This document shows, in pieces, positions 1 to 9,400 of a stretch of 64,000 bases of DNA (positions within the stretch are counted from its first letter, which is position 1; each line of letters starts with the position of its first letter). Made by a program: the position numbers and the translations under genes. Source of the DNA: Gemmatimonadota bacterium. Lineage in GTDB: Bacteria; Gemmatimonadota; Gemmatimonadetes; Longimicrobiales; Gaopeijiaceae. The DNA lies in contig JAXHMG010000003.1 of assembly GCA_034521595.1 (NCBI GenBank), positions 352,001 through 416,000 on the forward strand. Reading direction: 5' to 3'. The notes below the pieces were generated by a model. The model was given only the letters and a program-made list of their open reading frames with translations, did not search any database and was not told where the DNA came from.

Positions 1-102
1 TGGTCCGAGGCCAAGACGCGAAACCTCTTGTATCGGGGGCTCGACGACCTGCGGGCGGAGCTCACCCGACGAGGCATGGGACCCGAGGGCGAAGAGACAT
101 GA
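1..102 (+). CDS. ECF sigma-70 factor, C-terminal fragment (5' end outside window)
   Basis: Frame +1 reads WSEAKTRNLLYRGLDDLRAELTRRGMGPEGEET*, typical of the end of sigma region 4. ATGA overlap with the downstream anti-sigma gene. Not in the ORF track. Confidence 0.75.
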   Translation, partial: WSEAKTRNLLYRGLDDLRAELTRRGMGPEGEET

Positions 103-719
103 AGGACGAGCAGCTACGAGAGGCATACGCGCGCATTGTCGAGGAGCGTGCGCCCACCGATCGAGCCTCGTGCCCGGCACCCGAGGCTCTGGTCGCGCTG
201 GTGGAGCGGGACGGGCCGGAAGCGGAGCGGTTGCGCACGCTCGATCACGTGATGGCGTGCGCGTCGTGCCGGCCGGAGCTCGAGCTGCTGCGTACTGCGG
301 AAAAAGCCGCGTCCCCGACGAGCGGGCCCGCGGTGCCGCGGTACGCCATGGCCGCGGGGATCGCCCTCGCGCTCATCGGAGGCACGCTGTGGTTCCTCGT
401 GTCGCCCGGCGCCGCCCCGGTGTACAGAGACGGAGCATCCGACGCTTCGGAGCTCGTGGAGCCGCTCGGCGCGGTGGCGAGCCCGCCGAGTCGATTGCTG
501 TGGCGCTCCGTGGAGGATGCGGTGCGGTATGAGGTCGAGCTTCTCGAGTCCGACGGGACGCTGCTGTTCCGGAGCACCACGACCGACACGGTGCTGGACG
601 TGGCCTCCGGGCACGAATGGGCGGAGTCGGCGGAGTACCGCTGGCGGGTCGAGGCGGTGCTGCTCGGCGGGGCCACCGAGTCGGTTGGGGTCGGGACGTT
701 TTCGGTCGGGGAGCCGTAG
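99..719 (+). CDS. zf-HC2 anti-sigma factor with TM helix and extracytoplasmic beta-sandwich domain
   Basis: HxxxCxxC (DHVMACASC), TM segment (MAAGIALALIGGTLWFLV), Fn3/Ig-like C-terminus (YRWRVEA). Coupled to the sigma gene. Confidence 0.8.
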   Translation: MKDEQLREAYARIVEERAPTDRASCPAPEALVALVERDGPEAERLRTLDHVMACASCRPELELLRTAEKAASPTSGPAVPRYAMAAGIALALIGGTLWFLVSPGAAPVYRDGASDASELVEPLGAVASPPSRLLWRSVEDAVRYEVELLESDGTLLFRSTTTDTVLDVASGHEWAESAEYRWRVEAVLLGGATESVGVGTFSVGEP

Positions 720-731
720 GGGCCGGGGTTC

Positions 732-3561
732 CTAGGGGAGGTTCGCTATGCCCACGCGGCGGTGTGGCGGCTTGCGCATGCGCGCCCGCACGTGCCAGCC
801 CACCGCCGCGGCGGCGGACAGCGCCACGAGCACGGCGACCAACGGGTTGGTCGGGCGGTTCAGGGGGACGCGTGCCGCCCCGTCGCCAATCACGGTGAAG
901 GCGGCCCAGTGCGCGACCGGCTCGTCCGCCTCGATGGCGCGCCTGCGGGCGAGCGCCAGGGCGTCGGCCACGGTCCGATCATCGGCGAGCCCGTCGTAGA
1001 TGTCCGTGACGAAGCGGGTGGCGGCCCGGTCGGCCACCCGCCACCGGGTCGCGATCACGGCGCGGCCTCCCGCTTCGAGGATCGGTGCGACGAGGCCGCG
1101 CAGGCCCTCCCCGCGCAGCACCCGGCCCGACGCCGTATGGCAGGCCGAGAGGACGACCAGGTCGGCGTCGAGAGAGAGCGCCGCGGCCTCCCCGGGCTTC
1201 AGTAGCCCGTCCTCCCCGTCACCGGGTGCGAGCACGAGCCCGGCCGAGAGCCCGGCGTAGTCGGTGATCGCGTGCGTGGCGGCGTGCACGACGCGGTAGC
1301 GGTCGAGCTCCGCGCCCTTGACCCAGGCCTCCGCGGCCTCGGCCCCCTGCCGCACGACCGCCTCGTCGGCGAACCCGGCCACGCGGCGTGCTTCCGCGCG
1401 GGCGGAAGGCAAGCTCGGAAGGTCTCCCCGAGCGGGGGCGTCGGCGAGCACCAAAGCCTCGGTGGCGCCGCTCCGCTCCGGTCGGCGCCAGAGCTCCAGG
1501 GCCACGCCCGCCGAAGGCGCGACCGTGACGCTCCAGCGTTCCGCCAGGTAGCGTCCGTCGGGAAGTCGCAATGCGCTCCACGGGACCTGGAAGAGCGCGC
1601 CGTGGGGCACGATGACCAGCTTCGATGCACCTTCGACGATCGGGTGGGTGCTGACCGGGTCGAGAAGCCGAGTGCTCAACCCGTTCGCGGGTGCCTCGGC
1701 GGGAAGGCCGCGGCTCCAGAGGTCGTGTAGTCGGTCGATGGCGGCGCGCAGGGAATCGGACGGAGGGATCCGCACCGTGGCGCTCTCGGTCGGATCGACG
1801 AGAAGAGCGGTCGTGGGCTCGTCGCCTTCGCCGGTGATGAACGAAACCAGGGTCGTGCCGTCTTCCAGCGCCGCCTGTACGGTGGTGAGGGTCGGGACGG
1901 GCGGTGTGGCTACGCCGTCCCGAGGCCGAGCGGCGTCCGCCAACGCGTCGGCGCGCAGCAGCTCACGGAGCAGCTCGCCGGCCCGGCTGCGCTCCGAGAG
2001 CCGGAACGCCGCGGCGGTGCGTCCGGCCTCGGCGAGGGTGGCGATCACGGTCGCGAACCCGAGATCCGGATCCGCGAGGTCCTCGCTCCGTTGGAACGCC
2101 CGCAGCCGCATCTCGCGCGGCCCCAGTTCGGCCCGCATGCGCTCGAGGGCGTCGAGCGCCTCGTCCGCGAGCGACACGGCGCGGTCCAGCTCCCCGTCGG
2201 TCGCGGCGAGCTCGGCGGCGCGCATGCGAAAGTGATAGCGCCAGAAATGCTCGTCGGCAGCGAGTGCCGACTCCGCCCAAGCGAGCTGTCGGGCCGCGGC
2301 AGCTCGATCACCCAGCGCCATCGCTACGGCGAGGGCCGTATAGCGCACCGTCGCCACGGTCGGGCCTCCGGCCCCGCCGATGCTCTCCTCCATGAGACGC
2401 TCCACCTGCTCGCGGGCGATATCGGACGCTCCGGCCCGGACTGCGGCGTAGGCCGCGCCGGTGCGGGCGCCCACGATCAGGTCTCGGTATCCGACCGCTT
2501 CGGCATCTCGAGTCAGGGCTTGGAAGGCCTCGAGGCTGGCTTCCGGCGCTCCGGAGCGGAGGAGCATTCGGGCTTCGACCTGCCGGAGCGATCCGACCTG
2601 AAGCAGATCGCCCTCGTCCCCGAAGCCGTCCAGGGCCCGGCGCGTGTACCGCAGGCCGGCCCTCGCGTCGCCGAGCTCCACATGGAGGAGCGCGAGGTTG
2701 AGCAGAGCCCAGTTGCGCACACCAACGACTCCCGCTTCTTCGGCGCGGCCCACTGCGGCTTCCAGATCTTCGGCGGCGAGACCGAACCGGCCCGTCGAGC
2801 GATCGAGGAAGCCTCGCCATTGGAGACCGATGGCTTGCCATCCGGGATCACCCACGCTGCGTGCGTCGTCGACGACCCCGGAGAAAACGGCGCGTGCGGA
2901 ATCGGGCCGTCCCGCGCCTACGAGGATGCCGCCCAGAACGGTGCCACAATAGGCGCGCATCCGTAGATCGTCCGCTTCGGTGGCGGCGCGGATGCCTCGC
3001 ATGGCGTGCTCCGTCCCCGGACGGCCCTCCACGGTGGCGATCTCGGCGCGGACACAGTGATACCGTGCGCGACTCTCCGCGGCGCGCAACGGCAGCGTTT
3101 GCTGGAGGCTGTCGAGGAGCGCGCGTCCGGCCGACGCTCCCCGAGTGCGGATCCGCACCTGCGCGAGCGAGAGGGGAATCTCCTCGGCGAGCCGGGCATC
3201 GTTCGCGGCATCCAGATGGTCGAGGGCGCGGGTGAGCAGGGTGTCCGCGGCGAAATATCGGTTCCCGATCACGTAGCGCCGTGCGAGCCCGTAGATCCCG
3301 AACGTCCGCCAGGGCTCGGGGGCGCGTTCCGAGAGCGCCTGGAAGTGCCGGTCGGCTCGGAGTGAGTCGTAGGAGTAGAGCCCCACCATGCCGAGCCCGA
3401 GGTGCGCGGGCCAGTCGTCCCTCGCCCTGTCCAGACGCGTATGCCATTGCTCGACGGCGGGCTACCGAGTCCAGCGCGGCCGCGCTGTCGGCGCGCTCGA
3501 CGACGGCCCAGGGATCCTGGGCCTGGAGTGCGCTCGCGATCAGAAGGGCCGGGATGATCAT
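732..3561 (-). CDS. TPR + CHAT (caspase HetF) domain protease with signal peptide and C-terminal TM; frameshift near 3460
   Basis: CHAT dyad motifs VVHAATHA and LVVLSACHT, plus HWAAFTVIG. Helical TPR-like N-terminal half. ATG at 3561 gives MIIPALLIASALQAQDPW, which joins ORF 732..3389 (AVEQWHTRL...GLGMVGLY) after a single frameshift. Confidence 0.85.
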
Positions 3562-3715
3562 GCGGTAGCTTTGGCCCGCTCCACGCTTCCGTGCAAGGGC
3601 ATGACCCCGCCCGGTGAGAAAATTCCGAGCTCGCCTGCGTTCCACGATCAGACGACGACACCGCCCCGCGTCCGACGGCCGGGGCGCATCCCCTGGAGCG
3701 CAGAGCGAGGTCCTC

Positions 3716-5842
3716 ATGAGTCATGCGCAACCGCCTCGAAGCGTGGTCGCGATCCCCAGCCTTTGCGTGCTGCTCATCCTGGCCGCGTGTGCCGATGGCA
3801 GCAGCCCGGTCGCGACCGAGGAAGCCCGGCCGATCCTCTCCCTGTCGCGCTCGAGCGTCGATCTGAGCGTCCAGGAGGGGACGACGGATCCGGTGGCGGC
3901 AACGGTTTCCGTGACGAACACGGGGGACGGGGACCTCGGCGGGCTGTCGGTCAGCACCACCTACGGGGCGGGAACGGAAGGGGGATGGCTCGACGCTTCC
4001 CTCGACGGCGACGGCGCTCCCGCCGAGCTGACCCTCGCGGTGTCCGGCGAGGAGCTCGAGGAGGGGACGTACGGGGCCACGGTCAGCGTCGCATCGGGGG
4101 AAGCCGAGAACGGTGCCCAAGACGTCTCGGTGCAGCTCACGGTCACCGCCCCGGCTTCGGACCCGCTGATCGAGCTGACGCCGGACGCGGTGACGTTCAC
4201 GGCGACCGAGGGCGGGGCGGATCCCGTAGCGGACACCGTGATCGTATCCAACGCGGGAGGTGGGTCGCTGTCCGGGATCACCACCAGTGTCGGTTACCCG
4301 GACGGTCAGCCCACCGGCTGGCTGACGGCCTCCTTCGGGAACGGTCCGCTCGTGTTGACCGCGGAGACGGGCTCGCTCGCGGCCGGCACGTACGAGGCCA
4401 CCGTGGAGGTCGCTTCGGATGCGGCGGTGAACAGCCCCCAGGCCGTGGCCGTGACCTTCACCGTCACGTCCGGAGCCGCCGCCGACCTGCTCGTCGAAGG
4501 CTTCGAGGCCACGTCGTCGACCTCCGTGGTCGCCGGGCAGTTCTTCGAGTACGCGCCGTTTTCCATCCGGAATCAGGGGACGCTGGGTGCCAGCGGCGTC
4601 GAGAACGGCTACTACCTGTCCGCGGATAGCACCCTTACGCCCGATGATGCTCGACTGTCCGGCAACAGCAACTCCATCATCGGCGCCGGCGAGTCGGTCG
4701 AGTGGGCCCCGGGGGGAGGCTCGATCATGATCCCGGCCTCCACGCCGGCCGGTAATTATTACCTCGGCGTCCTGACCGACGAGGTGGACTCGGTCGAGGA
4801 GTCGGACGAGACCAACAACTTCCAGAGCGTGGCGATCACGGTGACCGAGCCGGTCGCGACCTATACCCTGACCCTCGACCAGAACTTCGCGGACGCCGGG
4901 AGCGTCACGACCGACCCGGCGGGCGGGACGTACGAGGAGGGCACGGTGGTCAGCCTGACCGCGGTGCCGGCCGAAGGATTCCGCTTCTCGCACTGGAGCG
5001 GAGCGGTCGACGGCGACGCGAATCCGGTCGATCTCACCATGGATGCGGATGTCGCGGTCACGGCTCACTTCGAGCTCCAGCCCCCGACGCTCAACGCCTC
5101 GTCGGTGAGCTCCGGAGTGTTCACGCTCACCTGGGAGTTCGGCTGGCCGTGCACCGGCCTCTGTCTGGGGAGCTCGCAGGACCGCTACGAGCTCGAGGAG
5201 TCGACGACCTCCGCCACGAGCGGGTTTTCGGTCATCGCCTCGCCGCAGGGGCGCACGAGCCCGTACTCGCTCGAGCTCAGCCGGGAGCCCGGTACCTACT
5301 ACTACCGGGTGCGGGCGATCGACGGCGTGAGCTACGGGACCTCCCCGTACAGCGCGGTGCGAACGGTCATCGTGAGCGACGATGGGTCGGTGGCCACCAC
5401 CATCCGGGTCATTAACGATCTTCCGGACGGCGTCTGGGGCGACAACGACTGGACCCTCCTGAACACGATCATCCGGGTTCGGGTGGGCTCGACCGAGGAC
5501 GCCGTGGTCCAACTGACGGGCGACGGCCAGGAACTGCTCTACCCGTACGACTCGACGTACGATGAGGCCGATCTCATCGACATCACGCCCGGCGAGGAGA
5601 TGACGCTCGAGGTCCCGGCCTACGACACCGAGTACTGGCTCTACATCCAGACGGGCTACTGGGACTACGACGCCCTCTATGGGATATGGCGCAAGCACAT
5701 GTCCGTGGTCGCGGGTTGTGACGCGTCATCGACCTACAAGTGGACCACGATCCGGGTCTTCGAACCGTTCGGCCATCCGGAGGTCATCCGTGCCAGCGAC
5801 TTCCTGCCGGACGGGAACTGGTACGGCAGCGAGTACTGCTGA
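3716..5842 (+). CDS. Modular surface lipoprotein (BACON-like x2, CARDB, InlB/Flg_new-type repeat, Fn3-like, C-terminal unknown domain)
   Basis: Lipobox LLILAAC. Repeated 'VSNxGxGxL..WL.AS' BACON-like units, CARDB motif VEESDETNN, repeat GTVVSLTAVPAEGFRFSHWSG, Fn3 GTYYYRVRA. ATG 3716 has an upstream GAGG. Confidence 0.75.
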   Translation: MSHAQPPRSVVAIPSLCVLLILAACADGSSPVATEEARPILSLSRSSVDLSVQEGTTDPVAATVSVTNTGDGDLGGLSVSTTYGAGTEGGWLDASLDGDGAPAELTLAVSGEELEEGTYGATVSVASGEAENGAQDVSVQLTVTAPASDPLIELTPDAVTFTATEGGADPVADTVIVSNAGGGSLSGITTSVGYPDGQPTGWLTASFGNGPLVLTAETGSLAAGTYEATVEVASDAAVNSPQAVAVTFTVTSGAAADLLVEGFEATSSTSVVAGQFFEYAPFSIRNQGTLGASGVENGYYLSADSTLTPDDARLSGNSNSIIGAGESVEWAPGGGSIMIPASTPAGNYYLGVLTDEVDSVEESDETNNFQSVAITVTEPVATYTLTLDQNFADAGSVTTDPAGGTYEEGTVVSLTAVPAEGFRFSHWSGAVDGDANPVDLTMDADVAVTAHFELQPPTLNASSVSSGVFTLTWEFGWPCTGLCLGSSQDRYELEESTTSATSGFSVIASPQGRTSPYSLELSREPGTYYYRVRAIDGVSYGTSPYSAVRTVIVSDDGSVATTIRVINDLPDGVWGDNDWTLLNTIIRVRVGSTEDAVVQLTGDGQELLYPYDSTYDEADLIDITPGEEMTLEVPAYDTEYWLYIQTGYWDYDALYGIWRKHMSVVAGCDASSTYKWTTIRVFEPFGHPEVIRASDFLPDGNWYGSEYC

Positions 5843-5853
5843 GGGAGCGAACG

Positions 5854-7924
5854 ATGACCGACCCCACCGTTCACCGCCGGCAATCTTTGAAGGTCGCGGC
5901 CCTCCTCGCGGCACTGCTTTTACACGCATGCGACGGCACGAGCGTCATCGAGGTCGAGGAGGACCCGGAAGCCGAGCTCACGCTGTCCACCGCGGGTGTC
6001 GCGTTGGAGGGGGTCGCTGGAGGGGCGACGCCCGACTCCGTGGCGGTGGACATCACGAACGAGCTCGAGGGGCCCTTGAGTGGACTGGACGTCACCGTCG
6101 CGTACGACGACGGCCAGCCGACCGACTGGCTTTCGGCCTCCCTCGAAGCCACGGTCGCGCCGACCTCGCTCACACTGGTCGCGAGCGCGCAGGCGCTGGA
6201 TGCCGGCACGTATGCCGCATCCGTCGCCGTGACCGCGGACGAGGTCGGGGAGGGCCGGGTCGTGGCCGCGGTCGACCTTCGGCGTCGATCTCCGCCCGGA
6301 TCTTCAGCGGTACGAGAGGCTTCGACGTGTCCGCTTCCTCCGTGGGGGTGGGCGCGGAGATCGACTACGGCGCGTTCGCCGTCCGCAACCAGGGCGGGGT
6401 CGGCGCGGGCGCCTTCGACAGCGGATTGTACCTCTCCGCGGATTCGACGATCACCGCGGACGACACGCGCCTCACCGGCTTCTCGATCGACGCGCTCGGC
6501 GCGGGAGAGGAAATGGTGCGGCCGGCCGGGGCGATCACCATCCCCGGCGAGGCTTCAGGCGGGGAGATGTTCGTGGGCGTGCTGGTGGACGAGGTCGATG
6601 CGGTCCGGGAGTCGGACGAATCGAACAACGCCCGGAGCGTTCCCGTGACGGTCACGGCCGCGGATCCCCCGGCCATCGGCCTCGCGCCGACGGTCGCGGT
6701 GTTCGACGCGGTCGAGGGGGAGGGGGATCCCGACGACCAGGTGATCACCATTACCAATGAAGGGGGCGGGACCCTGTCCGGCCTGGCCGTTACCATTGCC
6801 TACGGAAACGGGGCGCCCGAGGGTTGGCTGACCGCCTCTCTGAGCGCAACGGAGGCGCCGGCGGTCCTCACGCTCAGCGCTTCCGTGGGCTCGGTGCCCG
6901 AGGGAGAGCACATGGCCTGGCTCCACATCTCGGCCGACGGCGCGGGCGACCGCGTGCTGAACCCCCGCCTCGTGGTCTCTCCGCCGCCTTCGCCCGTCAT
7001 CGCGTTGTCCGAACGCCGTCTGCTGTTGACCGCCCCGGCCGACGGAAGCGGCCCACCTTCGCAGGACGTCCAGATCGAGAATTCCGGGCAGGCAACGCTG
7101 AGCGGGCTCGCAGTTGGCGTAACCTACCTCGACCCCGAAGAGGGCTGGCTAACGTCGTTGCTGAGCGACACCGAGGCTCCGGCGACGCTCACGGTCGGCG
7201 CGGACGCGGACGGACTGGATCCGGGGGCGTACTTCGCGCAGCTCGAGGTTTCCAGGCGTTCCAGGATGGTGTGGCCCCAGAGACCCTCGATGTGAGGCTC
7301 GACGTGGAGCCCGACGTTTACACGCTGCGGGTGGAGCCCGACGTTTACACGCTGCGGGTCGACCGGAACATCGCCTCTGCGGGTAGCGTCTTCGTCTCCC
7401 CGCGTGCGGACACGCTGTGGACCGAGGGGGCGAGCGTGACGTTGACGGTGATGCCGGAGCCGGGCTTCCGCTTCTCGCATTGGAGCGGCGACGCCTCGGG
7501 GGACGAGAACCCGCTCGATCTGGTCATGGATTCGGACAAGGCGATCACGGCTCAGTTCGAGCTGGCGCCTCCGACCTTGATCGCTCCGTCGGAAAGCGCC
7601 GGCACGTTCACCCTGGAGTGGCACTTCGACTGGCCGTGCCCCACGACGCTCTGTATCGGGACCACCCGGGACCGCTACGAGGTCGAGGAGTCCACGACGT
7701 CGCCGTCGGAGGGGTTCGAGCTCATCGACACCTCGCTGGGCCGCCAGAGCCCCGATTCTCTCGAGCTGACCCGTCCCCCGGGCACCTACCACTACCGCGT
7801 TCGAGCCGTGGACGAAGCCAACTACGGTCCCTCGCCCTACAGTGCGGTGCGGACCGTGGTCGTGGAGGACGGGGGCGCGGCGACGGCTCGGATCCGGACG
7901 CTCGACGACGGAGGTGATCGATGA
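5854..7924 (+). CDS. Paralogous modular surface lipoprotein (BACON/CARDB/repeat/Fn3) with two frameshifted regions (about 6290 and about 7255)
   Basis: Pieces lie in three ORFs: 5854.. (lipobox LLLHAC), the 5679..7295 frame (VRESDESNN) and the 6824..7924 frame (GFRFSHWSG, GTYHYRVRA). All resemble the upstream lipoprotein. Could be sequencing errors or a pseudogene. Confidence 0.65.
7304..7357 (+). repeat. Perfect 27-bp tandem duplication (gtggagcccgacgtttacacgctgcgg x2)
   Basis: 7304-7330 is identical to 7331-7357 and encodes VEPDVYTLR twice in frame. Confidence 0.95.
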
Positions 7925-9315
7925 CCGCACGACCCCTGGCGCTCGGAATCCTGCTCGTTCTCGCGCTCCTCTGCGCCGCGTGCGGTTCCTCCTCGACGGC
8001 GCCCGAAGACGATGTGGGGATCGGCGATACGGGGAACACGAACGGATCGGACGACGACGGCAACGACGGTGATGACGAAGAGCCGTGCGAGCCATCCTCC
8101 CTTCCCTGGATGGCGTCGGGCAACTTCTGGAACGTGTCCTGGTCGTGGCTCGAGGCCGGAGAGAACTGGTGGCAATCCACGTCGTACGCCGACTACGACG
8201 CCGGCGCGTACACCATGCAGCTCGGGGCGAGCTCAGAAGTCGAGGGCCTCACGATGTACGACCTCGAGACCAGCGGGAACGTGGACGAATTCGCGCCGCT
8301 CTGGAGTCGCATAGGTACCGACGGGTGCGGCAACGTATACGGCCAGGCATCGGCGGGGACCTCTCCTGTCCTCGTCTACTCGGAGACGGATTCCGAGTGG
8401 TCCGGGACGGGCTTCTGGACGGATTTCACCGAGTTCTCGGGCTCGGTCTCGGTGAGCCGCGGGGCCTCGATGATCTCCAGTCAATACACCGATCGCTTGC
8501 CGTACTTCGAGCCTCCCCTCACCGCGGTGGGCCACGCGTCCGACGAAACCAACTACAGCCCGGGCGGGTGTGACTACTTCCCGGGATACGGGACGATCTG
8601 CACGGAGGCGAGCTCGGGGCCCACCGAGGGGACGCGGCTCTTCGAGTACTGGGACGCCGAGGCGGGACCCGTGGGCATGCACCTCGCCCGGGACTACGAG
8701 GACTGCCTGGGCGTGGCCTGCGAGAGCGAGCACGTGGAGCGACGGGTCGAGGTATGGTTCTTCGGCGACGCCGGCTCCGAGCCGATCCGCTTCGAGCAGG
8801 AGCCCGACAGCTACGCCGACCCCACGGAGTTCCCCTTGAGCGAGGATCTGTTCGCGATGTTCGGCGCGATCAGCGAGTACGACGTGCCGTCCGGATACCT
8901 CGGGGGATACGATGCCGGCGCCGAGATGGACCTGGCGGCCGCCGTCCACGATTGGTTCGCCTTCGAAGTCCCGCCCGAGCTGGCCGGCCGTACGGTGGAG
9001 TTCTATCTGGCCTGGGACGCCGACGTGGAATTGGGCTTCCATCTCTTCAGCGCGCCGGACAACGGTGCGCTGGGCTTCGCCTATCTCGCCGAGAGCCTCG
9101 ACTTCCCGGAATGGGAGGAGACGAGCCACGCACGGTTCTTCTCGGGCCGGTTCCAGGCAGGCACGTATCTGCTCGGCGTCATCCGGAACACGGAGGCGGA
9201 GACCGAGACCCGTTACGGTGTCATCGGCGTGGCCGAGGCGGAGGCGAGCGCGGCCGCGGCGCGGGTGCTGTCGGCCGAGCGGCTGCGTGACGGGATGGCG
9301 ATCGAGGGACCCTGA
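7921..9315 (+). CDS. Cys-rich lipoprotein of unknown function
   Basis: Lipobox LALLCAAC, acidic linker, several Cys pairs. GGAGG RBS and ATGA overlap with the previous gene. Confidence 0.75.
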   Translation: MTARPLALGILLVLALLCAACGSSSTAPEDDVGIGDTGNTNGSDDDGNDGDDEEPCEPSSLPWMASGNFWNVSWSWLEAGENWWQSTSYADYDAGAYTMQLGASSEVEGLTMYDLETSGNVDEFAPLWSRIGTDGCGNVYGQASAGTSPVLVYSETDSEWSGTGFWTDFTEFSGSVSVSRGASMISSQYTDRLPYFEPPLTAVGHASDETNYSPGGCDYFPGYGTICTEASSGPTEGTRLFEYWDAEAGPVGMHLARDYEDCLGVACESEHVERRVEVWFFGDAGSEPIRFEQEPDSYADPTEFPLSEDLFAMFGAISEYDVPSGYLGGYDAGAEMDLAAAVHDWFAFEVPPELAGRTVEFYLAWDADVELGFHLFSAPDNGALGFAYLAESLDFPEWEETSHARFFSGRFQAGTYLLGVIRNTEAETETRYGVIGVAEAEASAAAARVLSAERLRDGMAIEGP

Positions 9316-9400
9316 AGCGCTGGAGAGCCGGCCTTTTCCGGATCGCTCGGGGAGCTTACGGTGCATCTCGGTAGGCCTCCACCGAGTCGGGAGTCTCACG

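Noticed and set aside
732-3561. CHAT protease as part of a type III-E CRISPR (Craspase) locus
   Set aside because: No cas genes or repeat-spacer array in the window, and the protein appears exported.
3269-5698. Long antisense or alternative-frame ORFs (e.g. 3269..5698 -, 25579..27321 +, 29807..31984 +, 16985..18634 -)
   Set aside because: Shadow ORFs typical of high-GC DNA; they overlap well-supported genes and carry no recognisable motifs.
5837-5842. TGC-TGA at the end of the first lipoprotein as a possible C-terminal Cys-Sec motif
   Set aside because: The following GGGAG is the RBS of the next gene (ATG 5854), I saw no convincing SECIS hairpin, and the protein has no redox fold. Treated as a normal stop.
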